DNA from: an archaeon
GTDB taxonomy: Archaea > Asgardarchaeota > Thorarchaeia > Thorarchaeales > Thorarchaeaceae
Assembly: GCA_024276825.1 (NCBI GenBank)
Contig: JAJRWI010000053.1
Coordinates: forward strand, 7,022-71,021
Reading direction: 5' to 3'
DNA length: 64,000 bases
Part shown: piece by piece, positions 8,766 through 18,170 of the stretch
Numbering within the stretch: position 1 is the stretch's first letter
Layout: each line of letters opens with the position of its first letter
Notes under the pieces: model-generated
The model's input: the letters and a program-made list of their open reading frames with translations, nothing else
The model's database searches: none
Told to the model about the DNA's origin: nothing
Program-made: the position numbers and the translations under genes

Positions 8766-9431
8766 TTGATCGCCCGAACAGACTTCGAGGGCGATCCAAA
8801 TGTGGGAGCCTTTGCAGTTGTCACCGATAGGTTTGTGCTCACATCACCGAACATGAGTGAGAAATCACTTGATACCCTCGAACGAGTCTTCAATATTCCT
8901 TTTGTCCAGTCCACAGTGGCAACTATGGATGCAGTTGGACTGGTCACTGCAGCGAACTCGAATGGGATAGTCTTACCATACACTATTGAAGACGAGGAAC
9001 TGGAAACGATCAAGAGAGAGTCAGAGGTCAGAGTTGACTGGATAGACAGTAAGATGACTGCAATGGGAAATATCATACTTGTAAATGATAATGGCGCAAT
9101 TTGCCATCCTGACTTTGATAGTATCGCAATTAGGAAGATTGAGGACACTCTTGATGTGGAAACTATAAAGGGGACAGTGGCACGACTAGTAACGGTTGGG
9201 GCTAGCACCATTGCAACTAACCGAGGGGCCATTGCCCATCCACTTGCAGCCGATGAGGAGATTGAAGTCATAGCGGATGTCTTAAAGGTTCATGTGGAAG
9301 TAGGAACAGTCAATAGAGGAAGTCCATATACAAGTCTAGGAGTATTAGCAAATAGTGATGGGATGATCGCAGGTTCGGAAACAACTGGGGTAGAACTTGC
9401 ACACATCTCTCAAGTACTTGGATTCGTATAA
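8766..9431 (+). CDS. eif6: translation initiation factor 6 (aIF6/eIF6), TTG start
   Basis: Pentameric-repeat eIF6 sequence (FEGDPNVGAFAVVTD...). Confidence 0.9.
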   Translation: MIARTDFEGDPNVGAFAVVTDRFVLTSPNMSEKSLDTLERVFNIPFVQSTVATMDAVGLVTAANSNGIVLPYTIEDEELETIKRESEVRVDWIDSKMTAMGNIILVNDNGAICHPDFDSIAIRKIEDTLDVETIKGTVARLVTVGASTIATNRGAIAHPLAADEEIEVIADVLKVHVEVGTVNRGSPYTSLGVLANSDGMIAGSETTGVELAHISQVLGFV

Positions 9432-9449
9432 TGGTGAGGTGTCAACAAG

Positions 9450-9692
9450 ATGAGTAAGAAAGTCTGGCGAGCAACTGGAGAATATATGAAGGCAAAGAGA
9501 AAGATGTACTTCTCAAGAGAGATGATTGCCCAGAAGGAGGCACATGTGAGAGAGAGGGTTCTCTCAGAGTTGGGAAGTCGTCACAGAGTCAAGAGAAGAG
9601 ACATTGTCTTTAAGGAGATTAAAGAGATTGATCCAAAAGAGGCCCAGAGCCTTGAAATTCGAAGAGCATTGGGAATCGAGAGTGAGTTCTGA
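9450..9692 (+). CDS. rplX: 50S ribosomal protein LX (L18Ae/L20A family)
   Basis: LGSRHRVKRRDI motif, about 80 aa, position between eIF6 and prefoldin alpha. Confidence 0.75.
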   Translation: MSKKVWRATGEYMKAKRKMYFSREMIAQKEAHVRERVLSELGSRHRVKRRDIVFKEIKEIDPKEAQSLEIRRALGIESEF

Positions 9693-10129
9693 TGACAGAG
9701 GAGCAACAAAAGCTTCTCGAGAAGCTCTACATGGAGCAGAGGTTGCTGGAGTCAAACATCAGCCTCTTACAACAAAGATTGGAGATATTGCAGGCATATT
9801 TGAATAATTACAAGTCGGGTCTCTCAGTCCTTAGGGAGCTTGAGAATAGAAAAGAGAATGAAGAGATGCTGATGAATGTTGGAGGAAATATCTTAATTCG
9901 GGCCAAGCTTGTCAATCCCAATATTGTCACTCGTGGTATAGGCAGCAATATCAGGATAGAGCAGAGCCTCACTGAGGCCATCAAGAGCCTTGAGCAGTCT
10001 GTTGTGACCCTTGAGAAGGAATATGAAGAGACCTCTCAACAATATCAGAAGATGGCCATAACACTTCAAGCAGCAAGCGCCCAATTGCAACAACTTGCAG
10101 CCCAGATGCAGAAACCTCAACAGCAGTAA
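9692..10129 (+). CDS. pfdA: prefoldin alpha subunit
   Basis: Two coiled-coil arms flanking a beta-hairpin core. ATG overlaps LX stop (TGATG). Confidence 0.85.
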   Translation: MTEEQQKLLEKLYMEQRLLESNISLLQQRLEILQAYLNNYKSGLSVLRELENRKENEEMLMNVGGNILIRAKLVNPNIVTRGIGSNIRIEQSLTEAIKSLEQSVVTLEKEYEETSQQYQKMAITLQAASAQLQQLAAQMQKPQQQ

Positions 10130-10144
10130 GAGAGGACATCAATC

Positions 10145-11056
10145 ATGTTTGAAAAACTGCGTGGAGCACTAGACACAGCAGTGACCAAGGCGACTACAAA
10201 GGAGCTTAACGAGAAGAATCTTGCTGATGCAGTATGGGAGCTTCAACTGGTACTTATCCAGAATGATGTTGCAGTTGAAGTTGCGGAGCATATATGTAAT
10301 CTCACTAAGAAGAAACTACTTGGTAAGAGAACAGGGCGTCTTGAAAATGTGAAGAAATTGTTCAAGACTGCTCTTTTCGAGTCTATAATAGAAGTGTTGA
10401 CACCCACCCACCATCTTGATCTTGTTCAGGCTGTACAAGAGAAGAAAGAGGAAGGTGAACCCTTATCAATCATGTTCCTTGGAGTTAATGGTACGGGAAA
10501 GACAACAACTCTTGCAAAAATAGCGCACATGTATAAAGAGAATGGATATTCGATTGTCATTGCAGCATGTGACACCTTTAGAGCAGGAAGCATTGAGCAG
10601 CTTTCAAGACATGCAGAAAGACTGGGCATCAAGGTCATCAGGCAGGATTATGGTCATGATGCAGCAGCAATAGCCTATGATGCTATCAACCATGCAAGAG
10701 CCAGACATATCGATGTTGTGTTGATAGACACTGCGGGCAGAATGCAGACTAACAAGAATCTTCTTGAGGAGATGAAAAAGATCGTTCGAGTTGCTAAACC
10801 GGATGTCAAACTGTTTATTGGTGATGCACTCGCAGGAAATGATGCATTATCACAGGCAAAAGAGTTCAATGATGCGGTCAGCATAGACGGCGCAATCCTG
10901 ACAAAAGTGGATGCTGACCCATCAGGAGGTACAGCATTGTCTGTGACCTATGTCACTGGTGCACCAGTGATATATGTTGGAGTGGGTCAGGGATACACAG
11001 ACATCCAAAAGTTCGACCCAGAATGGTTTGCGCATCGGATTATAGGTGAGATTTGA
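10145..11056 (+). CDS. ftsY: signal recognition particle receptor FtsY
   Basis: SRP54-type GTPase: GVNGTGKTTT, DTAGR, TKVD motifs. Confidence 0.9.
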   Translation: MFEKLRGALDTAVTKATTKELNEKNLADAVWELQLVLIQNDVAVEVAEHICNLTKKKLLGKRTGRLENVKKLFKTALFESIIEVLTPTHHLDLVQAVQEKKEEGEPLSIMFLGVNGTGKTTTLAKIAHMYKENGYSIVIAACDTFRAGSIEQLSRHAERLGIKVIRQDYGHDAAAIAYDAINHARARHIDVVLIDTAGRMQTNKNLLEEMKKIVRVAKPDVKLFIGDALAGNDALSQAKEFNDAVSIDGAILTKVDADPSGGTALSVTYVTGAPVIYVGVGQGYTDIQKFDPEWFAHRIIGEI

Positions 11057-11116
11057 TTAATAGGTCAATTTTAATAATGATTCAATCGCAAGCCAAGTCA
11101 GTCTAAAGACAGACAG

Positions 11117-12052
11117 GTGTTTAACATGAGTCTGAAGGGAAAGCACTTCATTGATTTGGCAGATTTTAAACGACATGAGCTGAGATATATTTTGGACACT
11201 GCTCATGATCTCAAGCGCAAGCAGAAACGTGGCGAGCCTCATGAACTTTTGAAGGGAAAGTCATTAGCCATGATTTTTATGAAGTCCTCAACAAGAACAA
11301 GGGTTTCATTTGAAGTTGGTATGACACAGTTAGGGGGACATGCACTGTACCTCCAGCCCAGTGGCACACAGCTTGGTCGTGGTGAAACCATTGCGGACAC
11401 TGCACAGGTTCTCAGTAGATATTGTGATGTGATAATGGCCAGGGTATATGCACATAGTGATGTTACAGAGCTTGCAAAGTATAGTAAGGTTCCAGTGATT
11501 AATGGGCTTTCAGACTTTCTGCATCCATGCCAAATCATGGCAGACATGCAGACAATTGAGGAGAGGAAGGGAAGTCTGGAAGGTCTCAAAATTATATACT
11601 CTGGAGACTCCAACAATGTCAGTAATTCAATCATGCAGGGATGTACAATAATGGGAATGGATGTCACAATAGCATCACCAAAAGGGTATGCACCTTCAGA
11701 AGAGATAATGAAGCGAGTAGATAGACTCAGTAAACTCTATGGTACAACAGTGGAAGTAATTCATGATCCTATAGAGGCAGTGAAAGGCGCAGATGTGATA
11801 TACACTGATACCTTCTTCAGCATGGGACAGGAACGATCAAAGGAGAAAGAAGAAGCACTGATGCCATTTCAGGTAAACAGAAATCTTGTTGATCAGGCAA
11901 AGAATGATGTAATTGTCATGCATTGCCTTCCAGCTCATAGGGATGAGGAACTAACAAGTGATATAATGGACGACCCGAAATATAGTGTTGTGTTTGATCA
12001 AGCTGAGAACAGGCTACATGCACAGAAGGCAATTCTCGCATTAATAGTATAA
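11117..12052 (+). CDS. argF: ornithine carbamoyltransferase
   Basis: STRTR carbamoyl-phosphate site and HCLP motif. Confidence 0.75.
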   Translation: MFNMSLKGKHFIDLADFKRHELRYILDTAHDLKRKQKRGEPHELLKGKSLAMIFMKSSTRTRVSFEVGMTQLGGHALYLQPSGTQLGRGETIADTAQVLSRYCDVIMARVYAHSDVTELAKYSKVPVINGLSDFLHPCQIMADMQTIEERKGSLEGLKIIYSGDSNNVSNSIMQGCTIMGMDVTIASPKGYAPSEEIMKRVDRLSKLYGTTVEVIHDPIEAVKGADVIYTDTFFSMGQERSKEKEEALMPFQVNRNLVDQAKNDVIVMHCLPAHRDEELTSDIMDDPKYSVVFDQAENRLHAQKAILALIV

Positions 12053-12063
12053 GAGGCGGTCAA

Positions 12064-13032
12064 TTGTCGGTTGAGATTGTTGCCATAGGACGAGCAAACA
12101 TGGATATTGAGATTCATGTTGATAGGATTCCTAAAGAAGATCAACATGTAATATCTAAAAGAACAACAATCTCTTGTGGGGGTTCCGCTGCAAACTTCGC
12201 ATCGCAAGTAGCACTCTTAGGCCCAAAGATTGGGCTTGTTGCATGTATTGGTAGTGATTATAATGGCAAAGTTATGATTGAACGTCTGTCGGACATTGGA
12301 GTTGATGTATCAAGAGTCCAGATTCTGCAGAATCAGCCTACAGGACTGTTCATTGCGGTCAATGATTCAAAGGGCGGAAAGACAATTATTGCTGATCATG
12401 GTGCCAACAAGTTCCTTGATCGACTGGACAAAAGAATTTTCGATGATAGCTATCTCCTCAAAACTAGGACCGTGCATGTTGCTGGGGGATTTCCAAACAT
12501 GATTGATACTGTAATCGAGATTGCTACAACTGATGGCCTGATTTTCTCATTTGACCCTGGCAGGACCTCTGACAATGTGGACTTTCAAAAAGTGCTTAGA
12601 AGTACTGATTTGCTATTTGTTAATCAGGATGAATTGAAGAGATACTGTAAGGTTTCAGCAACTGAGAGAGATCTCCGAATGTTTGCAAAGAGCTTTCCTG
12701 GAATAATTGTTTTGAAACAGGGATCCAAAGGGGCAATTGCAACTGATGGGTTCGAGTATTATCACTCAGATGTTTTTGATGTTCCTGTGGTTGACACCCT
12801 TGGGGCTGGAGATGCATTTGCAGCAGGATTTGTGACAGCATGGACTCGTAGTGAAAATATCGAACAAGCATTGAATTTTGCAAATGCGGTCGCTGCATTG
12901 ACTGTTACTAGAAGGGGGGCACAAGAGGGACAGCCGACCTTGGACGAGGTCAGCAAACTGTTGAGAAAATATGGTGTATCAATTGAACCGATTCTAAAGA
13001 CGTTTCGCGAGAGAAGGTCATCTCGTCGATAA
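12064..13032 (+). CDS. carbohydrate kinase, pfkB/ribokinase family (TTG start)
   Basis: GGSAANFA and GAGDAF signature motifs. Confidence 0.7.
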   Translation: MSVEIVAIGRANMDIEIHVDRIPKEDQHVISKRTTISCGGSAANFASQVALLGPKIGLVACIGSDYNGKVMIERLSDIGVDVSRVQILQNQPTGLFIAVNDSKGGKTIIADHGANKFLDRLDKRIFDDSYLLKTRTVHVAGGFPNMIDTVIEIATTDGLIFSFDPGRTSDNVDFQKVLRSTDLLFVNQDELKRYCKVSATERDLRMFAKSFPGIIVLKQGSKGAIATDGFEYYHSDVFDVPVVDTLGAGDAFAAGFVTAWTRSENIEQALNFANAVAALTVTRRGAQEGQPTLDEVSKLLRKYGVSIEPILKTFRERRSSRR

Positions 13033-13114
13033 CATGCGAGTAATACCCAGACAATATTCTGGTTTTTCTTATTATAAACTCACAATAGAAGATGAATAAT
13101 AGAAGGTGTAAGAT

Positions 13115-14245
13115 ATGCATCCGCTCCTAGAAGAAGTCCTGAGAAACCCAACTGAAGCAAAGAGTGAAGATATGACAGGTAGATCAAGAACAACAAAAAA
13201 GTCGGCGACATCTGAGGAGGAGTTGCGTGAGATTGTCGAGTCCATCACTGCCAGAATTTTAGTGGTGGGCGTTGGTGGTGCAGGAAATAATGCGATAACA
13301 CGACTTATGGAGGTCGGAATTGAGGGGGCTGAAACCCTAGCTATGAACACTGATGCTCAGGACCTTTATGTGTGTGAGGCGGATCACAAGTTACTTCTTG
13401 GAAGGGACATATGCAAAGGACTCGGAGCTGGAAATGATCCAGACATTGGTGAGAAGGCGGCTCTGGAAACATATGAGATTCTGAAGGATGTTGTTACTGG
13501 AGACCTTGTGTTCATAACTGCAGGAATGGGTGGAGGAACAGGCACAGGTGCAGCTCCGTATGTGGCCAAGGCTGCACGCGAGAATGGTGCTTTGACTGTT
13601 GCAATTGTGTGTCTGCCCTTTGAGGTGGAGGGTATCACCAGAAAGAACAATGCGGCAAGAGGTCTCAAGGCCCTAATGGACAATGTAGACACCCTTATTG
13701 CAATTCCAAATGAGAAGCTACTGGAGATCGCTCCAGATTTGACACTATCAGATGCCTTCAGAGTTGCGGATGAGGTGCTAGTACGCGCAGTAAAAGGAAT
13801 CGCAGAGTTGATATCAAGACCTGGTCTTGTTAATCTCGACTTTGCGGATGTGAGGACTACCATGAAGAATGGAGGGGTGTCCATAATTGCACTAGGCGAA
13901 GGTCAGGGAGAAGACAGGGCAGAGGAGGCAGTGTATAATGCACTTCGTAACCCATTAATCGATGTTTCAATTGAGAACGCCCGGAACGTGTTGATCAATG
14001 TGAGTGGTAGTACTGATTTACAACTGATAGAGGCAAAGCGTGTTGTGGAACTTGTAACCAAGCAGGTGAATCCAAGTGCAGAAGTGATATATGGTGCCCT
14101 CATCATTCCAGAACTTGAAGATAGGCTCAGAGTCACCATTATTGCCTCTGGAGTGAGTTCCCCATATGTACTCTCACCCGAGTCAGAGCCTGTCGCCCCA
14201 CTTGCAGAGGACTTGGAGGCAGACCTTGAGATTAAGAGATTATAG
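13115..14245 (+). CDS. ftsZ: cell division GTPase FtsZ
   Basis: Tubulin signature GMGGGTGTGAAP, GVGGAGNNA nucleotide-binding motif. Confidence 0.9.
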   Translation: MHPLLEEVLRNPTEAKSEDMTGRSRTTKKSATSEEELREIVESITARILVVGVGGAGNNAITRLMEVGIEGAETLAMNTDAQDLYVCEADHKLLLGRDICKGLGAGNDPDIGEKAALETYEILKDVVTGDLVFITAGMGGGTGTGAAPYVAKAARENGALTVAIVCLPFEVEGITRKNNAARGLKALMDNVDTLIAIPNEKLLEIAPDLTLSDAFRVADEVLVRAVKGIAELISRPGLVNLDFADVRTTMKNGGVSIIALGEGQGEDRAEEAVYNALRNPLIDVSIENARNVLINVSGSTDLQLIEAKRVVELVTKQVNPSAEVIYGALIIPELEDRLRVTIIASGVSSPYVLSPESEPVAPLAEDLEADLEIKRL

Positions 14246-14348
14246 GAGAAGGTGGCCTTATTAGTCATGCAGCAAGTATTAAAAGCAAAGTTAATACGAT
14301 TGCTTTCGATATAATCAGTATTGAGTCATTTCACAAGGATGTGCAATT

Positions 14349-14528
14349 ATGGGAATTTCAGAGTTCATAAAGGATAGCAAAAGAATACTGAAACTAGCTA
14401 CCAAGCCATCTCGTAAAGAACTATGGATGAGCACAAAGGTCAGCATTCTTGCCATGTTCCTTGTTGGAATGCTCAGTTTTGTCATTCAGTATATGATGAC
14501 CGTCTTGACCAGTCAGTGGGGCGGTTAG
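14349..14528 (+). CDS. secE: protein translocase subunit SecE (Sec61-gamma); missed by the 60-aa ORF cutoff
   Basis: 59-aa ORF MGISEFIKDSKRILKLATKPSRKELWMSTKVSILAMFLVGMLSFVIQYMMTVLTSQWGG with single C-terminal TM. Canonical position between ftsZ and spt5. Confidence 0.75.
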   Translation: MGISEFIKDSKRILKLATKPSRKELWMSTKVSILAMFLVGMLSFVIQYMMTVLTSQWGG

Positions 14529-14562
14529 GCTATCAAATGTTCTAAATCAAGGGGATTTCCGT

Positions 14563-15258
14563 ATGGCACCAAAGACCAGCATTTATGCAATCAGAACCAC
14601 CATTAGTCAAGAGAGATCAGTGGCAGACCTCGTCACCACTGCAGTCGTTGGTGAAACGGACATCTGGGAGTGCCCAAATTGTGGTGAGCAGTTCTCATCC
14701 AAGGATGCAACACTCAAACATATGAAAAAAGAGGCCAAGAAAGACGAGACACATGGACAGAGTGATCCAAAGCTCGTGTCTAAAAACCAGTTGCTTGGGA
14801 GGGTTAAAGCAATCCTGGTTCCTGAAACCCTGAGAGGCTATGTGTTTATTGAAACCTTAGAGTTCAGGGATGTGGAGCTTGCAATTTCAGGGGTGCCCCA
14901 TGTAAGAGGAAGGGTTGGCGGTAAAGTTAGTTTTGAGGAAATCGATAGATTTCTCATTCCAAAGCCAGTTGCTGAGGGACTTGAAGAGGGAGATGTTGTA
15001 GAGGTCATCTCAGGACCCTTCAAGGGAGAGCGGGCTAGAGTTGCAAGAGTCGAGGTTGCAAAAGAGGAACTTATCCTTGAGTTGCTAGATAGTCCTCATG
15101 CAATTCCAATCCGTGTACATGCGGACTTCTGCAAGTTGGTCGAGAAGGGCGAACGTGAGAGGGTGCAAGAATATGAGGATATGGGAGAGGGTGAGGAAGA
15201 AGAGGACGAGTTTGATGATGAGTCATTTTGGGCGAGGGATGACGATTTCGAGGACTGA
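14563..15258 (+). CDS. spt5: transcription elongation factor Spt5 (NusG homolog) with NGN-domain insertion and acidic C-terminal tail
   Basis: NGN (IYAIRTT...), KOW (GDVVEVISGPFKGERARV). Insert WECPNCGEQF...H...H. C-terminal run of E/D. Confidence 0.8.
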   Translation: MAPKTSIYAIRTTISQERSVADLVTTAVVGETDIWECPNCGEQFSSKDATLKHMKKEAKKDETHGQSDPKLVSKNQLLGRVKAILVPETLRGYVFIETLEFRDVELAISGVPHVRGRVGGKVSFEEIDRFLIPKPVAEGLEEGDVVEVISGPFKGERARVARVEVAKEELILELLDSPHAIPIRVHADFCKLVEKGERERVQEYEDMGEGEEEEDEFDDESFWARDDDFED

Positions 15259-15519
15259 TATAGATAGTCCCCACGTGCCATCATGCCATTGTTGGTGATG
15301 TGCATAGAGTTCATTCCAAAATCCTTTTAACATAATTTCAGAGGGGAAGTTTAACCTCTTAATGTGACAGCCACGCATAGACGTGATGTCAGGGGTGAGA
15401 AAAGTGAGAAAGAATGCAGTAGACCATATAGGATGTCGCACTTGTTCTGTCCTAGAGGTCGAACCCACCGATGTAACTGCGAGTTCATCGGGCAAACTGC
15501 ATCAGGAGTTGATTAAGAG

Positions 15520-15882
15520 ATGAGTTCACAGAAAATCACAGTTGAGGCTCTAGTCGAAGGTGGAAAAGCCTCAGGTGGACCCCCTATTGGGCCTGCACTT
15601 GGACCAACAGGAGTAAACATATTCCAAGTTGTTCAGAAGATCAATGAGGTCACACAACCATTTGCAGGTCTCAAGGTCCCAGTCAAGATAATTGTTGACC
15701 AAGAAACAAAGGAGTTTGAGGTGGAAGTTGGTACACCACCAACAAGCGCACTAATATTGAAAGAAATTGGTCAGGCAAAGGGATCGGGCGAGCCAAATAC
15801 CAAAATTATAGGCAATCTGACGATTGAGCAGATCAAATCAATTGCCAAGGGTAGGCTAGCGACCTTTCTGCAATCGATATGA
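15520..15882 (+). CDS. rpl11: 50S ribosomal protein L11, N-terminal domain and part of C-terminal domain; frame terminates prematurely
   Basis: L11 N-terminal domain (PPIGPALGPTGVNI). Missing C-terminal domain is found in the -1 frame downstream. Confidence 0.85.
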   Translation: MSSQKITVEALVEGGKASGGPPIGPALGPTGVNIFQVVQKINEVTQPFAGLKVPVKIIVDQETKEFEVEVGTPPTSALILKEIGQAKGSGEPNTKIIGNLTIEQIKSIAKGRLATFLQSI

Positions 15883-16025
15883 AGGGAGCAGTGCTGACCA
15901 TTGCTGGTACTTGTGTTTCAATGGGAGTAAATATTGAGGGAGTTTCAGCCAAGGAGTTTCAGCAGCAGGTCCGTGAAGGAAAATGGGACAGCGAGCTCGA
16001 AGAACCACTGCGGGAGGAGAAATAA
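15855..16025 (+). pseudogene. rpl11: L11 C-terminal domain in -1 frame (ASDLSAIDMKGAVLTIAGTCVSMGVNIEG...), ends TAA immediately before rpl1 ATG
   Basis: Frame-3 translation matches L11 C-domain consensus (DLxA...TIAGTxxSMG). One extra A near 15858 joins both parts into a 168-aa L11. Confidence 0.7.
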
Positions 16026-16682
16026 ATGTCATACCGTATTGATACAATCGAGGCAGCTGTTGCAGAAGCAAGAGCCAAGGGTACCGAGAGAGGGATTAAG
16101 TTCGAACAGAGCTTTGATTGCGCTGTCAACTTTAGAAAGAAGGAAGTTGATGTTTCGAAACCGGAGAACAGGCTCAATCAGGAGATTGTTCTCCCACATC
16201 CCTTGTATCCTCCTGCAAAGATCTGTGCATTTGGGGATGGAGAGTTTGCTGAGAATGCGAGGGCTGCAGGAATAGATACTGTCATCTCTAGGGAGGACAT
16301 CCCAAAGATTGGTGGAGAGAAAAAAGAGAGAAAGGCACTTGCCAAGAAATATGACTTTTTCATCGCCTCCATCGATGCAATGCCCTTGGTAGGTAGGTAT
16401 CTTGGACAGGCCCTTGGACCAAGAGGTAAGATGCCAAAGCCATTTCCACCACAGGCAGATCTGAAGGCAATTGTCAATCAGTATCAAAGAACTGTGCGCA
16501 TCAGAATGCGAAACACCCCTACATTCCATGTCAAAGTAGGCCATATGAGAATGACTGACAGAGAGATAGCTGATAATCTAATGGCAGTGATCAACTTTGT
16601 TGATCAGAAAGGCCTACTGGACAAGGTGCATCATGTTTGTGTGAAGACAACAATGGGGCCATGCATTACAATACAGAGGTGA
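16026..16682 (+). CDS. rpl1: 50S ribosomal protein L1
   Basis: Recognised as archaeal L1 by overall sequence. Position in L11-L1-L10-L12 operon. Confidence 0.9.
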   Translation: MSYRIDTIEAAVAEARAKGTERGIKFEQSFDCAVNFRKKEVDVSKPENRLNQEIVLPHPLYPPAKICAFGDGEFAENARAAGIDTVISREDIPKIGGEKKERKALAKKYDFFIASIDAMPLVGRYLGQALGPRGKMPKPFPPQADLKAIVNQYQRTVRIRMRNTPTFHVKVGHMRMTDREIADNLMAVINFVDQKGLLDKVHHVCVKTTMGPCITIQR

Positions 16683-16688
16683 CATTAG

Positions 16689-17702
16689 ATGTCATTGTAT
16701 GAAAAGAAAATCCCACAATGGAAGGTTGATACAGTCAATAAACTCGCTGAGATGATTAAGAAGAGCGAGATGATTGGACTCATTAATGTTGAGGGAGTAG
16801 GTGCAAAGCAGCTTCACGGCATTCGAGAGAGTTTAAGAGGTTCTGCCACAATTAAGATGGCAAGAAACACACTGATGATAAGAGCTCTCGAGAAGGTCAA
16901 GAAGAAGGGGATAAAGGAGCTTGCAAATTATGTCAAGGGGCCTGTTGCATTCATTTTCAGCGATCAGGACCCATTCAAACTCAGCAAGTTTCTCAGCGAG
17001 AACAAGACTGCTGCTCCAGCCAAGGGTGGCCAGATAGCTCCAAAGGACATCATTGTCCCAGAGATGAACACTGGTGTGGCCCCTGGACCATTCATCAGCG
17101 AGCTTGCAGCATTAAAGATTCCCTCCCGTGTGAGAGGAGGAGTGATTCACATCACAGAAGACACTGTGGTTGTGAAGGAAGGTGAAGTGATTTCCAATGC
17201 TATGGCACAAATGCTAACGCGGCTTGGAATAGAACCAATGGAACTTCAACTTAAGATGATTGCAGCTTATGCCGATGGGATGATCATAACTGCAGATGCT
17301 CTGGACATTGATTTAGACCAGCTCTTGGACCAGGTTATAGCAGGACATCAATATGCTGTGAACCTGTCCATCAACATTGGATATCCAACCTCTGAAACAA
17401 TCACATTGTTGATTGCAAAGGCGGATATGGAGGCCAGGAGCCTAGCGCTCGATATTGGATTCTTCACGCCAGATATGGTGGAAGAGTTTCTTGCAAAGGC
17501 AAATGTGGAGGCATTTGCTCTTGCAGCAGTGCTTTCAGAGAAGGATCCTAATGTAATACCCTCAGAAGTCTTGAGTCAGGTGAAGGCAGTCAGTGCAGCT
17601 GCGACAGCTGCCCCTGAGCCAGAGCCTGTAAAAGATGAGCCTCCAGAGGAGGAGGATGAGGAGGAAGAATCAGTTGCAGGTCTATCAGGCCTGTTCGGAT
17701 AA
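16689..17702 (+). CDS. rpl10: 50S ribosomal protein L10 (acidic P0)
   Basis: P0 N-domain. C-terminal A/E-rich tail ending GLSGLFG. Confidence 0.9.
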   Translation: MSLYEKKIPQWKVDTVNKLAEMIKKSEMIGLINVEGVGAKQLHGIRESLRGSATIKMARNTLMIRALEKVKKKGIKELANYVKGPVAFIFSDQDPFKLSKFLSENKTAAPAKGGQIAPKDIIVPEMNTGVAPGPFISELAALKIPSRVRGGVIHITEDTVVVKEGEVISNAMAQMLTRLGIEPMELQLKMIAAYADGMIITADALDIDLDQLLDQVIAGHQYAVNLSINIGYPTSETITLLIAKADMEARSLALDIGFFTPDMVEEFLAKANVEAFALAAVLSEKDPNVIPSEVLSQVKAVSAAATAAPEPEPVKDEPPEEEDEEEESVAGLSGLFG

Positions 17703-17717
17703 AGTGAGGTAATAAAA

Positions 17718-18026
17718 ATGGAGTATGTATATGCAGCACTTCTGCTTCATAAGGCGGGACAAACTATTGATGCAAAGTCAATGGAGGCCGTACTAACAGC
17801 CGCAGGAGTCAAACCTGACAAGGGCAGAGTCAAAGCGTTGATCGCAGCACTTGAGGGAGTCGACATTGATGAGGCCCTGAAGAGTGCAGCAATGCCAATG
17901 GCTGTTGCCGCCCCAGCAGGTGAGACCGCCGCAGCTGGTGAGCCCGCTGCTGAAGAGAAGAAAGAAGAAGAGAAAGAAGAGGAAGAAGAGGAGTTCACCG
18001 CAGGCTTAGGCAGTCTATTTGGGTGA
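17718..18026 (+). CDS. rpl12: 50S ribosomal protein L12 (P1 stalk protein)
   Basis: [12 protein letters not shown]-terminus, A/E-rich hinge, C-terminal GLGSLFG. Confidence 0.85.
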   Translation: MEYVYAALLLHKAGQTIDAKSMEAVLTAAGVKPDKGRVKALIAALEGVDIDEALKSAAMPMAVAAPAGETAAAGEPAAEEKKEEEKEEEEEEFTAGLGSLFG

Positions 18027-18170
18027 TTGTGGTCACTGACCATCTCCTCATTAGTAGGGCGACAGGAAACCCCTGTCTGCCCTTCAATTCTTGTTTTTTA
18101 TAAATCAATCAGCAGACAAATATGCTTGTTTGTGATAGACACTTTTGTGAAAATCGTCACCCATGAATTA

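Noticed and set aside
15440-15500. GGTCGAACCC (reverse complement GGGTTCGACC) suggesting a minus-strand tRNA in the L11 leader
   Set aside because: Could not build acceptor or anticodon stems around it. Only a local hairpin (CCGATG/CATCGG) is present.
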